From Mytilus edulis (lineage: Eukaryota), in NCBI RefSeq assembly GCF_963676685.1, contig NC_092345.1, positions 107,570,001 to 107,634,000 on the forward strand: DNA of 64,000 bases, given 5' to 3'. The notes under the pieces are model-generated. The model did no database searches. It saw nothing but the letters and a program-made list of their open reading frames with translations, and was not told the DNA's origin. Positions 36,101 to 47,494 of the stretch are shown piece by piece. How positions within the stretch are numbered: the first letter of the stretch is position 1; every line of letters starts with the position of its first letter. The position numbers and the translations under genes were made by a program.

Positions 36101-37159
36101 ACCAGGCATAGATTACCTTAGCCGTATTTTGCACAACTTTTTGGAATTTTGGATCCTAATTGCTCTTCAACATTTTACTTGTTTGGCTTAATTAATATTT
36201 TGATATGAGCGTCACTGATGAGTCTTATGTAGACGAAACGCGCGTCTGGTGTAATAAATTTTAATCCTGGTACCTTTGATAACTAATTTGACCTAATTTC
36301 TTGTCATGGTCAGGATTCACTGAAAAGATTAACGTTACCCTAATTTTCACTGTCATGTTCAGGAATAAAGGCAACAGTAATACACCGCTTTTCAAAAGTA
36401 AAAAATCGATGATGAGAATTCAAAATAAACCGAGGGAAACACATCATCTATATGAGGAAAACAACGAAACAACAGAAACACTGAAGTGCAAGAAATAATC
36501 AAACGACAATGTAACAAACACAGAAGCGAACTATAAGATAGCATCTGCCATTTTCCTGACTTTTAAGAAAAGTGGTGGGTTAAACATGGTTTTATGGCTA
36601 GCCAGACCTCGTGCTTTTATGGCAATGTTAAATATAACAAGAGCCATCTTTCTCTGAAAAGATTAACCTTGACCTCATTTTCCCTGTCATGGTGAGGATA
36701 CATCTTTCCCTGAGAAGATTTATGTTGACCTAACGATCACTGTCATGGTCAGAATATTTCTCTCCAGCAAAGATTTACCTTGACCTCATTTTCACTGTCA
36801 TGGTCAGGATATTTCTTTCCTGAAAAGATTTACCTTGACATCACATGCACAATGGCAGTAAATAATGACAAAATGTAATATTAAATTTCGGGATAGTGGT
36901 AAGTTTTTAAGACTCTTGGATTCTGGTTGCCTCTCAGAATTATATATTATAGGTTGAAAATGTTTTGTGTAGGTATGTAAATTCTGAACATATATATGAA
37001 CATGTCTACCTGACAGGTTTATTTTGTCTTTGAGATATCATTTCCCTGTACATATAGATATAAGAAGATGAGGTATGAGTGCCAATGTCTCCATCCACGT
37101 CACAAGTTATAAAAGTAAACTAGTATAGGTCAAAGTGCATGCATTCTACATCCATTCAT

Positions 37160-37282
37160 TTGTTTGCCAGCTGAAGGACGTCTCCGTGTGCGGGAATTTC
37201 TCGCTACATTGAAGACCTGTTGGTGACCTTCTGCTGTTGTTTTTTTCTATGGTCGGGTTGTTGTCACTTTGGCACATTCCCC
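37160..37282 (-). repeat. Short dispersed repeat (SINE-like), inverted relative to the copy at 45528-45680
   Basis: CCAGCTGAAGGACG..CGGGAATTTCTCG..ACATTCCCCATTTCCATTCTCAATTTTATT matches the reverse complement of 45528-45680. Confidence 0.75.
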
Positions 37283-37678
37283 ATTTCCATTCTCAATTTT
37301 ATTAGTTTAAAGATAGTATGGTTCTATCAATAAAAACAGTATCTATATATTAATATTTTTCACCGAAAACATATTCTAATGAAAGTCCCCTGCCTAGCAC
37401 TTACTTGCTTTTTCAAATTTTACTAAAAGGTAAAATAACACCACAATTAGTACACTGAAACAGGAACTAGACAAAGAACAGAAAAACTTTCATAACATGG
37501 TCACAGACTATCGAAACTACCGAATTTGTGGAAATTAAGACTTGGTACTGGCATTTTCTTGTGTAGGAAATGGTAAATAAATTAAAAACCTGGTTTAATA
37601 GCTAGCTAAACCGCTCACATGTATGACAGTCACATAAAATGCCATTATATTGACGAATTAGATACAAATTTTATATCT

Positions 37679-37722
37679 GCGCCAGACGTGCGTTTCGTCT
37701 ACAAAAGACTCATCAGTGACGC
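37679..37722 (-). ncRNA. Solo type I hammerhead ribozyme in a retrozyme fragment (~37660-37780)
   Basis: Reverse complement: GCGUCA CUGAUGA GUCUUUUGUAGAC GAAA CGCAC GUC UGGCGC; 6-bp stem I. Confidence 0.85.
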
Positions 37723-39008
37723 GCGAATTAAAAATTGTTAAAAAGGCCAAATAAAGTATGAAGTTGAAGAGCATTGAGGATGACAAGATGTTCATCAAAT
37801 AGTTTTCATATGATTATAGAAACACCAGTATACTATTTTTGTCATTATTTCCATAATAAACAAAATTATCACTACAATATGCGATTGAATTCCACCAGCT
37901 GCTGCTTTAATCATTCGCTAAACGTTATTGCCATGTGACGTAGTCCGAATGGCATTTACATATACTGATTAAGTCAACTGTTTAGCATTGAATGCATAGT
38001 CTTTCTTTGTCACTTGTAATGTTTGTTGATGAGCCATATCTAATTCTAAGAACCACTGATATCCACACATATAGCATTAAAGTTATCTCCGAACAATCTT
38101 GGGGATCGGATACGCATCTAAGACTTAAATGGTAATTTCATTTAGTTTCCGACAATCAATACATAGCCGTCATGATGATTCTTTTTTAAAGCAATGGGAG
38201 CAGACCATGGACCAGATGATTTTTCAATGATCTTCTATGATATTTCTTTGTTAAAATTTCCATTTCATTTTTCAAATTTGCCTCTTTAACAAAGGTATTC
38301 TTCTCGTGTGTTGCGTCATGTAATTTTATAGAATGTATCCCTAACATTGTTTTCCCAGTTTTTCAATTAGGATTTACAGATACCTCTTAGAATAGCATTA
38401 ACATCTTTCAGAATTGATTGATTTCTTAACGTTTTTATGCCCCACCTACGATAGTAGAGGGGCATTATGTTTTTTGGTCTGTGGGTCCGTTCGTTTGTTC
38501 GTCCTTCCGTCCGTCCGTGTGTCCCGCTTGAGGTTAAAGTTTTTGGTCAAGGTAGTTTTTGATGAAGTTGAAGTCCAATCAACTTGAAACTTAGAACACA
38601 TGTTCCCTATGAAATGCCAAATTCTATTTTTGACTTTTTTCATGGTCCACTAAACATAGAAATGGATAGCGCGAGTTTCAGGTTAAAGGTTTTTGATGAA
38701 GTTGAAGTCTAATCAACTTGTAACTTAGTACACATGTTCTCTATGTTATGATCTCTATAATATAAATGCCAAATTAGATTTTTGACCCCAATTTCACGGT
38801 CCGCTCGTTCGTTCGTCCTTCCGTTCGTTATTCCGTCCGTCCGTCTGTCTGTCCCGCTTCAGGTTAAAGTTTTTTGTCAAGGTAATTTTTGATGAAGTTG
38901 CAGTCCAATCAACTTGAAACATAATATTTGGCTATACTTTTTGGAACTTTTAAATTATAGTTCTTCATCTTTTATATAAGCTTGGGATTTTACATATTTT
39001 GGCCACGA

Positions 39009-39049
39009 GCATCACTGAAGAGACATGTATTGTCGAAATGCGCATCTGG
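39009..39049 (+). ncRNA. Hammerhead ribozyme, family 2, 3' arm of stem I truncated
   Basis: GCAUCA CUGAAGA GACAUGUAUUGUC GAAA UGCGC AUC UGG. Confidence 0.75.
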
Positions 39050-39172
39050 AATGTATCTCCCTCATGCAAAGCTCTGATTCCTTTCACGGATTTGGCTATA
39101 CTTTTTGAAACTTTTAAATTATAGCTCTTCATCTTTTATATAAGCTTTGGATTTTACATATTTTGGCCACGA

Positions 39173-39216
39173 GCATCACTGAAGAGACATGTATTGTCGA
39201 AATGCGCATCTGGTGC
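39173..39216 (+). ncRNA. Type I hammerhead ribozyme, family 2, complete; predicted cleavage after 39210
   Basis: GCAUCA CUGAAGA GACA-UGUAU-UGUC GAAA UGCGC AUC UGGUGC; palindromic AUGCGCAU stem III. Confidence 0.87.
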
Positions 39217-40717
39217 AGAAAAATTGGTACCGTTAATGTTATTAATACACATGTTCCCTATGATATGAATTTTTTAATTTAAATGCCAAATTATATTTTT
39301 GGCCAAATTTCACGGTCCACTGAACATAGAAAATTATGGTGCCAGTTGGGCATCCGTGTACTTTGGACACATTTTTGTTCAGTTAATAATTTCTTTCCAT
39401 TAATAAACGTATTGTCCATATATATATATAATTTATAAGCCATCTAATCAAGAAAATTATATAAAATATCTTATAAACGATATAAGACATCTTATAAATT
39501 AGATTTCATATAGGATATCTAATAACGTTTATGCGGTATCTTATTGTTAGAGTAAAAAACAAAACGACTTGCCATATCCCCATTGTCCCACTGGCATTCA
39601 AACCACACTTCCTTATGTCTATATACTAGTAGTTCATAAAGTATTCAGGGCGATCTCAGTGTCCCCTTGCTCAAAGAAATTATATAGTATGCCAGCTGAC
39701 AAGGTATTCAGGAAAATCCACCACATTGTTAGGGGACAATTAGGTACTGATTAAGGAGATGTGGTATAATTGATAATGAAACAACTATCCACCAGAGTCT
39801 TAATGACAAAGATTTAAGAAGCTATAAGTAAATGTACACCCTTCAACAAAATAGCAAACACCATACCATCTAGTCGGCTATAACAGATATAGCAAGTAAG
39901 ACAAGAAAAAAACCAACAAAGGTCAAGATTAATTAATGACCAAAAAAATATATACCTTGGATTCATGACTATTCGGTTGGATAACAATTTTCGTGTCCTT
40001 ATTTAACAGATGAACCATGCAAGGAATAAAAATGTTACCGAAGTACAAAATATCTATTGGCGTATACGAAAACTTTATTAAAAATTACAAAATCTAACAT
40101 CCACGATTTTACATTTGTTCCGTAATCCACGAACCTTGTAATCTACGATAGTAATGATTAAACCAATTGTTAATTCAAAAATCATAACGTGCATTTATTA
40201 TTGGTTTTTTTTTAGAATGGAGAAAACATGCGAGGTCAGTTTTCGCTATTTCGGAAAAAGCTGCATACAGATGTATCTATCATAAATGAGAATGCAAATC
40301 CTTATTATTGCGAAACTCAACCTGTCGCATAATTCGTTTTAATAAAAACATCTATAATAATTGCAGGCTTCACGATCTAACGGAAAATATTGCACTACAA
40401 TAAAAATAGATAAAAAAAAAAAAGATGTATGAAAATTTCAATAATGCGATACAATGAAAAATAATAAAAGGTGATGTGTGTCATACATCAATGAGGCACC
40501 ACAATGGAAATAATAAGATGTGTGAGTCAGTGCCTCATAAAAAGCAAAACAATGAACATACAAAAGGAGATGCAATGTATAAATCCGTAAGGCAACACAT
40601 CAGTTGAAAATAAAAGAGGAGATGTGGGTTTACATCCATCATGTCCATAAGGCAGAATAACTATTTAAATATCACTCTATTAAACCCTCCTTCACTTTTG
40701 CTCTAACTGTTGCAGTT

Positions 40718-41297
40718 TTCCATTTCTAAGTAGCAACATTCCAGCAGCACCTGCATACGGTGTATATATCTCCCAATTGATACGATATTCCCGTGCTTGC
40801 ATTTCCTATCATGATTTTCTTGATAGAGGGTTGTTGCTCACAAGGAAGCTATTCAGTAAATCAAGAGTTCCAAATGGTGAAGTTGAAATCATCTCTTCGT
40901 AAATTTTACGAACGCCAACACGAGTTGGTTGACCGTTATGTAATAACCGTTTTACAAATGATATCGGATATGTTCCTTACGTCGTAACTACAATCCCCTT
41001 CCCTTTCATGAATGTGACCTACAGAATAACAATTAGACTATTTACCGGATTTGTAATCATATAAGCAACACGACGGGTGCCACATGTGGAGCAGGATCTG
41101 CTTACCCTTCCGGAGCACCTGAGATCACCCCTAGTTTTTGGTGGGGTTCTTGTTGTTTATTCTTTAGTTTTCTATGTTGTGTCGACGGTGTATACTATTG
41201 TTTGTCTGTTTTTCATTTTCATTTTTAGCCATGGCGTTGTCAGTTTATTTTCGATTTATGAGTTTGACTGTCCCTCTGGTATCTTTCGTCCGTCTTT
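40718..41297 (+). mobile_element. Penelope-like element fragment (RT C-terminal region plus downstream non-coding end)
   Basis: Translates FPFLSSNIPAAPAYGVYISQLIRYSRACISYHDFLDRGLLLTRKL, then frameshifts to NQEFQMVKLKSSLRKFY; the family assignment is from recall of this motif. Confidence 0.7.
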
Positions 41298-42339
41298 TGA
41301 GAAATAAGCCAAAAACTGTTTGTCCCTGTGTTCTATTTAGCCATATATATAGCGGTCATGTTTGTTGGTGGTTAAAACCTTCGGATATAAACAAACTAGA
41401 CTATCTTATAAGAAAAAGTCAGTTAATAAAGTCACGGTTTGGAAGTATTTGGTCAAGTAGTTTAATTCAGAGATTGTGAAGATTTTTGACAAAGTAATCA
41501 TAGACATGCACAAAAAAATGTAAGAAATAAACGTTTCAAGGACAACAGCTCCTTAAGTAGCCAATTAACTATTTGATCATTTGACTTATTTGTAGATCCT
41601 ATACATATATATATAGGTGAACATGAAGACTTCTTGTTTTTTTAAGTTTTCAAGTGAAAGAATGTTACTATCATTTTGAGTTTTCTTTCTTGTTGCTTGC
41701 TTTTTTTTTTTCTCAAGAAAAGCCCTTTAATTGTGCAGTTCACTATAATGTGAATATAAGAAATGTATGAATAACAAATCGACAGACAAAGTATATAAAC
41801 AAATCAATCTTTAGATTTGTTTATTTTCCCATGTGAATAAATTCCCGGATTTTAAACAACCGTCATTGGCTTAATATTTAGTAATTATTATAAGAAAGAC
41901 AACGTTTGGTTGGTCAATAATCTTTGGTTGTATACTTTTGATAAATTACACCTTACAATTCTCATTTAGCATGTTTAGTATAAAAAACATATTTTTGATG
42001 AATTATTTTGCATTATAATAAAATATTGCAATGAATACTCTAATTAGCAATCAACGTAAGTGAAAAATGCGATTAAATTATGTAGCTAAATTTAGTATCC
42101 AATGAAATCAACCCTTTCATCTTGCACAGATACACCTTGTAATTAATTCAGAAAAATGAAAACGAACAATGTGGAAAACAGGTAAATTTAAATGTTTTCA
42201 TTTTTAAAAGGTAATCACATATTTAATGCTGAAAAGATGATAACTATTCGTATTTTGTGACTACATTTACGATGTAACCATCTATTTTTCAGTCTTTTTA
42301 AAAACCTTAAGTGGCTTTACCTGCTTGAAACAGAAACTG

Positions 42340-42450
42340 GCAATAGATATTTATATATGTGGGTTCGTGGTGTAGTGGTTAAGACCTATGGCTACAGTGC
42401 TGAAGGTCCCGGGTTTGATAATGACTCGGGGCGCTGGAAATTTCAGTACA
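42340..42450 (+). repeat. tRNA-derived repeat (SINE head or decayed tRNA), copy 1
   Basis: A-box TGGTGTAGTGG and B-box-like GGGTTTGAT with tRNA spacing; stems pair poorly; a second copy lies at 45774-45885. Confidence 0.6.
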
Positions 42451-42625
42451 TCACAAGTGTGATCTGCACCCTCCCACTCACTTCTCTGGAACCCTGACCG
42501 CAGTTAAAACTAGAATGTGTACTTTAGGGGCCTCAGTTAGTTAAATTTGTCCCCTGCTTTGATTCAGAGTATATTATAATACATATAATTTTATGATTTA
42601 TTCCTTTAAGCACAGTGGCTTGTAA

Positions 42626-44032
42626 ATACCACAGTCCCACTAGGCCACGATCGCACTACGATCTGTGAAAAAGATAAAAATTTTGACGATCCTAGTGCAC
42701 TACGATCATGGAGATCGCAGTAAGGTCTTAGTACAGGTGTGGTGAGGCCTTCACAATCGTGATGAGCATGGTCAACTTTGGACCTGTTCAAAACAATACT
42801 GGATAAATTGTGGTATGGTCATTATGAGGACGTGATGAGCGTAGGAAAATAGTGATAATCGTAGTGAGATTGCAGAATAAGCATGGTGAGAACGTGGTAT
42901 ATTTGTAGCGGAATTGTTGTAGGAGCATAATGAGGAGGTAGTAGCAATGTGAAAGAAACAAAAATTTACTTTTTCATGTCGCTCACCACGATCTGAATTA
43001 ATTTGAGATCACAGTGAGCGTGGAGTGATCATGGTCTAGTGTAGCTGCGGAACCGTAGCTCTTAGGTCCTTATGTTATTTTTTGACTATTTGCGGACCAT
43101 AGAGCTACAGATTTTTCCTATTTCAAAACGTTCTGAATTGCGACCCAGGTTCAGGTTGCACTTATTTCTCAAAAAAATATTGTTTATAATCCATGCAAAA
43201 CTTGTCAATATATATAGTTCGTTTCGTTAGATATTTTTCTATGATATGACGTACCTATTTATGTTTGAATATTCATTTCCTTAACACTATTATCTAATTA
43301 TATCCATTTGTATACATTCTCCGCCTATTTTATTCGGCCATATTGAATCTCGAAGTGACGTCACGAGAATCAAGAAAAGATAACTCAAATATCCTCGATC
43401 TTCTATGTTGGAGGTGAGGAAAACCTATGAAAAACAAGAACAGATAACTCTTTTAGAAACACGCGTGTTGGTTTGTTTACTTATTTCTAAGCGAGAATCG
43501 AGTGTTTTCAAGACTTTACAACATTAATTCATTCGAAATATTTAAATAGCTTGAAAGAATTATTATTTCCATTAGTATTTAACCTTAATTAAACGTACTT
43601 TCATTCAAAAAGTCATGAAAATAAAATAAAAGACAACGTAAACAAACCAACACATGTTTTCCTATAAGAGTTATCTTTTCTTGATTCTCGTGACGTCACT
43701 ACGAGATTCAATATGGCCGAATAAAATAGGCGGAGAATGTGTACAAATGGATATAATTAGATAATAGTGTTAAGGAAATGAATATTCAAACATAAATAGG
43801 TACGTCATATCCTAGAAAAATATCTAACGAAATGAACTATATATATTGACAAGTTTTGCATGGATTATAAACAATATTTTTTTTAGAAATAAGTGCGACC
43901 TGAACCTGGGTCGCAATTCCGAACGTTTTGAAATAGGAAAAATCCGTAGCTCTATGGTCCGCAAATAGTCAAAAAATAACATAAGGACCTAAGAGCTACG
44001 GTTCCGCAGCTAGGTCTAGTGGGTCTGGGGCT
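42626..44032. mobile_element. MITE (possibly Harbinger-like) hosting a foldback insertion
   Basis: CAGTCCCACTAGGCCACGATC ... GATCATGGTCTAGTG[insertion]GGTCTGGGGCTTTA. Confidence 0.6.
43042..44012. mobile_element. Mutator-like foldback element with ~345-bp TIRs and 9-bp TSD
   Basis: GGTCTAGTG|TAGCTGCGGAACCGTAGCTC ... GAGCTACGGTTCCGCAGCTA|GGTCTAGTG. Confidence 0.88.
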
Positions 44033-45125
44033 TTAGGTCGCCAAACGAGATTTTACTGTCAATGGTGGTTGCTATCCTATATAAGATACCACAATAGTGC
44101 TGAAAGTGGCTTTAATATACAAATCAATCGATAAACTTTTTTTTATGGCTAACCAAGTATGTATAGTATGAAAGTAAATACATGAATATATTGACTGCAA
44201 CTTGCAATCTATGATAATTAGATGAAATATCCTATCATCATGATCATATTTTTAAATTCATTTTTTAGTTTTAATCAATTCAACACAATTATAAATAGTT
44301 AACATGCATAGTGCAAGGTCTATTACTATATGTCATGCATGTACATATGTATGTCACATTGTCATAATTTTCATATATATATGCAATTTTAGGTGATACA
44401 AACCATTGCAGTCTTAAATTATTGCCTTCCACAAATCTTTATTAAATGGTTAACAAAAATGTAATAATGTAATAAATGTATGTGAATTCGAAGCATTTGT
44501 TGTACCTTATTTTACTCTTAACTTAAGACTTTACAATGCAATTTAAGTGACTGGCAACAAAGCTTGCTACAGACTAGTTTAGGTAACTGTTAACATATTT
44601 TACAACAGAGCAACAATCTTTTTCAGTTCAGTATAAACATAGTTTGCACTTACTAATTGTTTTTTATGAAAGTACCATTATATATATATCTATATATTGG
44701 CTTAGATAAATTTTGTCATGTGCCATTTTGAATCCCACTAACCATGCTTACATCATGCAGATGCAGTCTGAGAATATTGACCACTCTATGTACATTATGT
44801 ATGTAATGTATACAGACCATGTTAGTTTTGGACAACTATTTTTTTGTCGATTTTAAATAAGCAGAGAAAATCTAATTAGTTAGTCATGGTATTTTTGTTG
44901 TTAGTTAGAGTTATTCCTCTTTGTCTGGATTGCTTTCTTTGCCTGTTTACAAATGTACATGTACATGTTTTTTTTTATTATAACTGTAAAATCAAGCAAC
45001 AAAAAAGAAAATATAGAAAACAAAGTCTTATTGAGCACCAAAGGACATACTCAGATATGAATATAATTCAGTATTGAGGTATTTATATGTTTTGTTATAA
45101 AATGGTAATATTTGTTTATTGACAG

Positions 45126-45188
45126 ATACCACAGTAAGAAAGCTTGTTTACATATACCACAGTGAAAAATCATGAAGTGACAATGGAG
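45126..45188 (+). other. Possible exon containing the start codon of an unidentified downstream gene
   Basis: ttattgacAG acceptor; ends ATG GAG|GTGAGT. Confidence 0.35.
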
Positions 45189-45527
45189 GTGAGTTGTTAC
45201 TAACATTTGGAAAATCCTTAAAATTATGTTCTGTTGTTATACAGGCTGGCAGTATCAGGTTGAATTGCTGACTTATCTAATTGCATGTCTAGAATTCCAA
45301 CTGTTTTATGATACAATTCTACTACAATTCTTTTCTGAAGATAGAAAAGTACTAAAGGAGGCATGCTACATGTATGTCTGTACTAACCAGAACTCCTCCA
45401 TGAATAGTCAACATGTTTACAGTTTTGATGGATATTTTCTACATTACTGAAGTTTTCTTTAGCAGTCAGTACCTGTTAGCGAATTAGTGAAGTAATCTTT
45501 AGCAGGCACCTGTTAGAGAATTGGTGA

Positions 45528-45680
45528 ATAAAATTGAGAATCGAAATGGGGAATGTGTCAAAGAGACAACAACCCGACCAAATAAAAAACAACAGCAGAG
45601 GGTCACCAACAGGTCTTCAATGTAACGAGAAATTCCCGCACCCGGAGGCGTCCTTCAGCTGGCCCCTAAACAAATATATT
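45528..45680 (+). repeat. Short dispersed repeat (SINE-like)
   Basis: Inverted copy at 37160-37282; a related fragment lies near 12860-12915. Confidence 0.75.
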
Positions 45681-45773
45681 CTTTAGCAGTACCTGTTAGT
45701 GAATTACATTACTTGATTATCTCCTTTAGGCTTGTAATATATATATTCAGACATTTTTGTAAAGAAAAAGATT

Positions 45774-45885
45774 GCAATAGATATTTATATATGTGGGTTG
45801 GTGGTGTAGTGGTTAAGACCTATGGCCACAGTGCTGAAGGTCTGGGGTTTGATTCTGACTCGGGGCGCTGGAAATTTTAGTACAT
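45774..45885 (+). repeat. tRNA-derived repeat, copy 2
   Basis: Closely similar to 42340-42450. Confidence 0.6.
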
Positions 45886-47150
45886 TAGTGAATTAGTGAA
45901 GTAATCTTTAGCAGGCACCTGTTAGAGAATTAGTAAAGTATTCTTTAGCAGTACTATACCTGTTAGTGAATTACATTACTTGATTATCTCCCTTAGGTTT
46001 GTAATATATATATTCCGACATTTTTGTAAAGAAAAAGATTGATAATGATTTTGATAGATAATCAAGGAAACTGACATTTTGTTTCCGTGGATGAATAAAG
46101 AAAAAATGGCTCTGTATTCAGTTGAATTTAAAAAATGGAAGGTCTGTTTTTGTTTTATGTTTTTCTGCTTTGTATTGATCTGATGAGTTAATACCTATTC
46201 AACTTATTTTTGTTGAACCTGCAACATTGATGTAGCGAATGCGAGATATATATCCATCCTAGAATTTTATGAAACTTTTGCAGAAGCTTTTTAATTAGAT
46301 AATGTCTGAGGCAAACTTTTTGAAACTATATTTTCATTTTCAATATACTTCTGATAGATGCATTTAAATTTTTTTGACATGATAATTTTGTAAACTTTCA
46401 TGGATTGATTGCTATGTAAAGAGGAAAGAAGCTTATCGTGAAGACCAAGAAATAGCATCTTAAGAAAATGCATTTTTTTTATTAAATTTTTGTATTTAAC
46501 TGTACATAGCGGTAGGCAAGAAACTTAAAAAAAGTATAGTTTGTTCATATGTTGTGCATTAATAAAACTGACCCAGGTTAGAGTGAGGGTTGAGCCCTGA
46601 CAAACATTTTTAATAACGCCACATTCTCTCTGTGTTCCAAGTCAGGAGTCTGTAGTTCAATGGTGGTCATACATGTCTGTCATATTTGCTTTTTGTAAAT
46701 TGTTTTGTTATACATTAGGCAGTTATATGTTCATAGTCGACTATATGGTATGGGTTTTCTCATTGTTGAAGATTGTACAGTTGCCTATAATTGCTTACAT
46801 CCACTTCATTTGAACTTGAGTGGAGAGTTGTTTCATTGGCAATCATACCTCAATATTTTTTTTTATATTATATAAGCATTCACCATTATCATTTTTGAGC
46901 ATAGAATGAAATGGTTATAGATTATTACATGACATTTTCCATATCAGCCTTTTATTAGCCAGGGACTTCCACATTTGACATTGGATCCCAGGGCTTTTGT
47001 ATGTGAGGGCTGATGTGGCTCTCCAATTGGGAAGCCCATATATTGGTCCAAGCTGTTTGCTTCAGACATGAATATGACTTTGGCAAATCAGTGTTTATTA
47101 CATAAATATACAAAACCCAATGTTTTAGTAACAAATATGTGATAATATCA

Positions 47151-47494
47151 GATTATTACATGGCATTTTTCATATCACACATGTATTATCAGCCCTAGGT
47201 TAAATATCATCCCAAGAGTCGCATGGCTCGAGGGCTGATATTGACCGAGGGCTGATAATACATGCGATATGAAAATTGACATGTTATGATCTTTTTATCA
47301 TATGCTTCAACAATGGAGAAAAATAACAGATTCATATATTGAATACAGATTCTTTCATGTGGTTCCCAAATAGAAGTTCAAAGAGTGAACGTTCACGAAC
47401 GTAGGACCCCAAATTTAGTACATTCGATATGAAATCTTTCTATCATGTGCATCAAAAGAGAAGAAAAACATTTCATAGTCTAAGTATATGATAA
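47151..47494. mobile_element. Long-hairpin non-autonomous element related to 11912-12578
   Basis: GATTATTACATGGC..CATATC hairpin to ~47291; TTATCATATGCTT is mirrored by AAGTATATGATAA. Confidence 0.6.

Larger units (their letters stand above)
32343..36285 (+). mobile_element. Non-LTR retrozyme tandem array: 11 x 356-bp units, each with a type I hammerhead ribozyme
   Basis: CTGATGA-GTCTTATGTAGAC-GAAA-CGCGC-GTC core starts at 32654, 33010, 33366, 33722, 34078, 34434, 34790, 35146, 35502, 35859 and 36215. Confidence 0.92.
38432..39379 (+). mobile_element. HINE-like element (family of 1794-2148) interrupted by a retrozyme insertion
   Basis: TTTTTATGCCCCACCTACGATAGTAGAGGGGCAT start, GTCC microsatellite, GGGCATCCGTGTACTTTGGACACATT end. 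Confidence 0.7.

Noticed and set aside
42361-42433. Functional tRNA gene
   Set aside because: The anticodon and T stems do not pair, and shared flanks with the 45774 copy indicate a repeat.
46180-46210. Additional hammerhead at CTGATGAGTT..AAC
   Set aside because: There is no GAAA box or stem III after the putative stem II.
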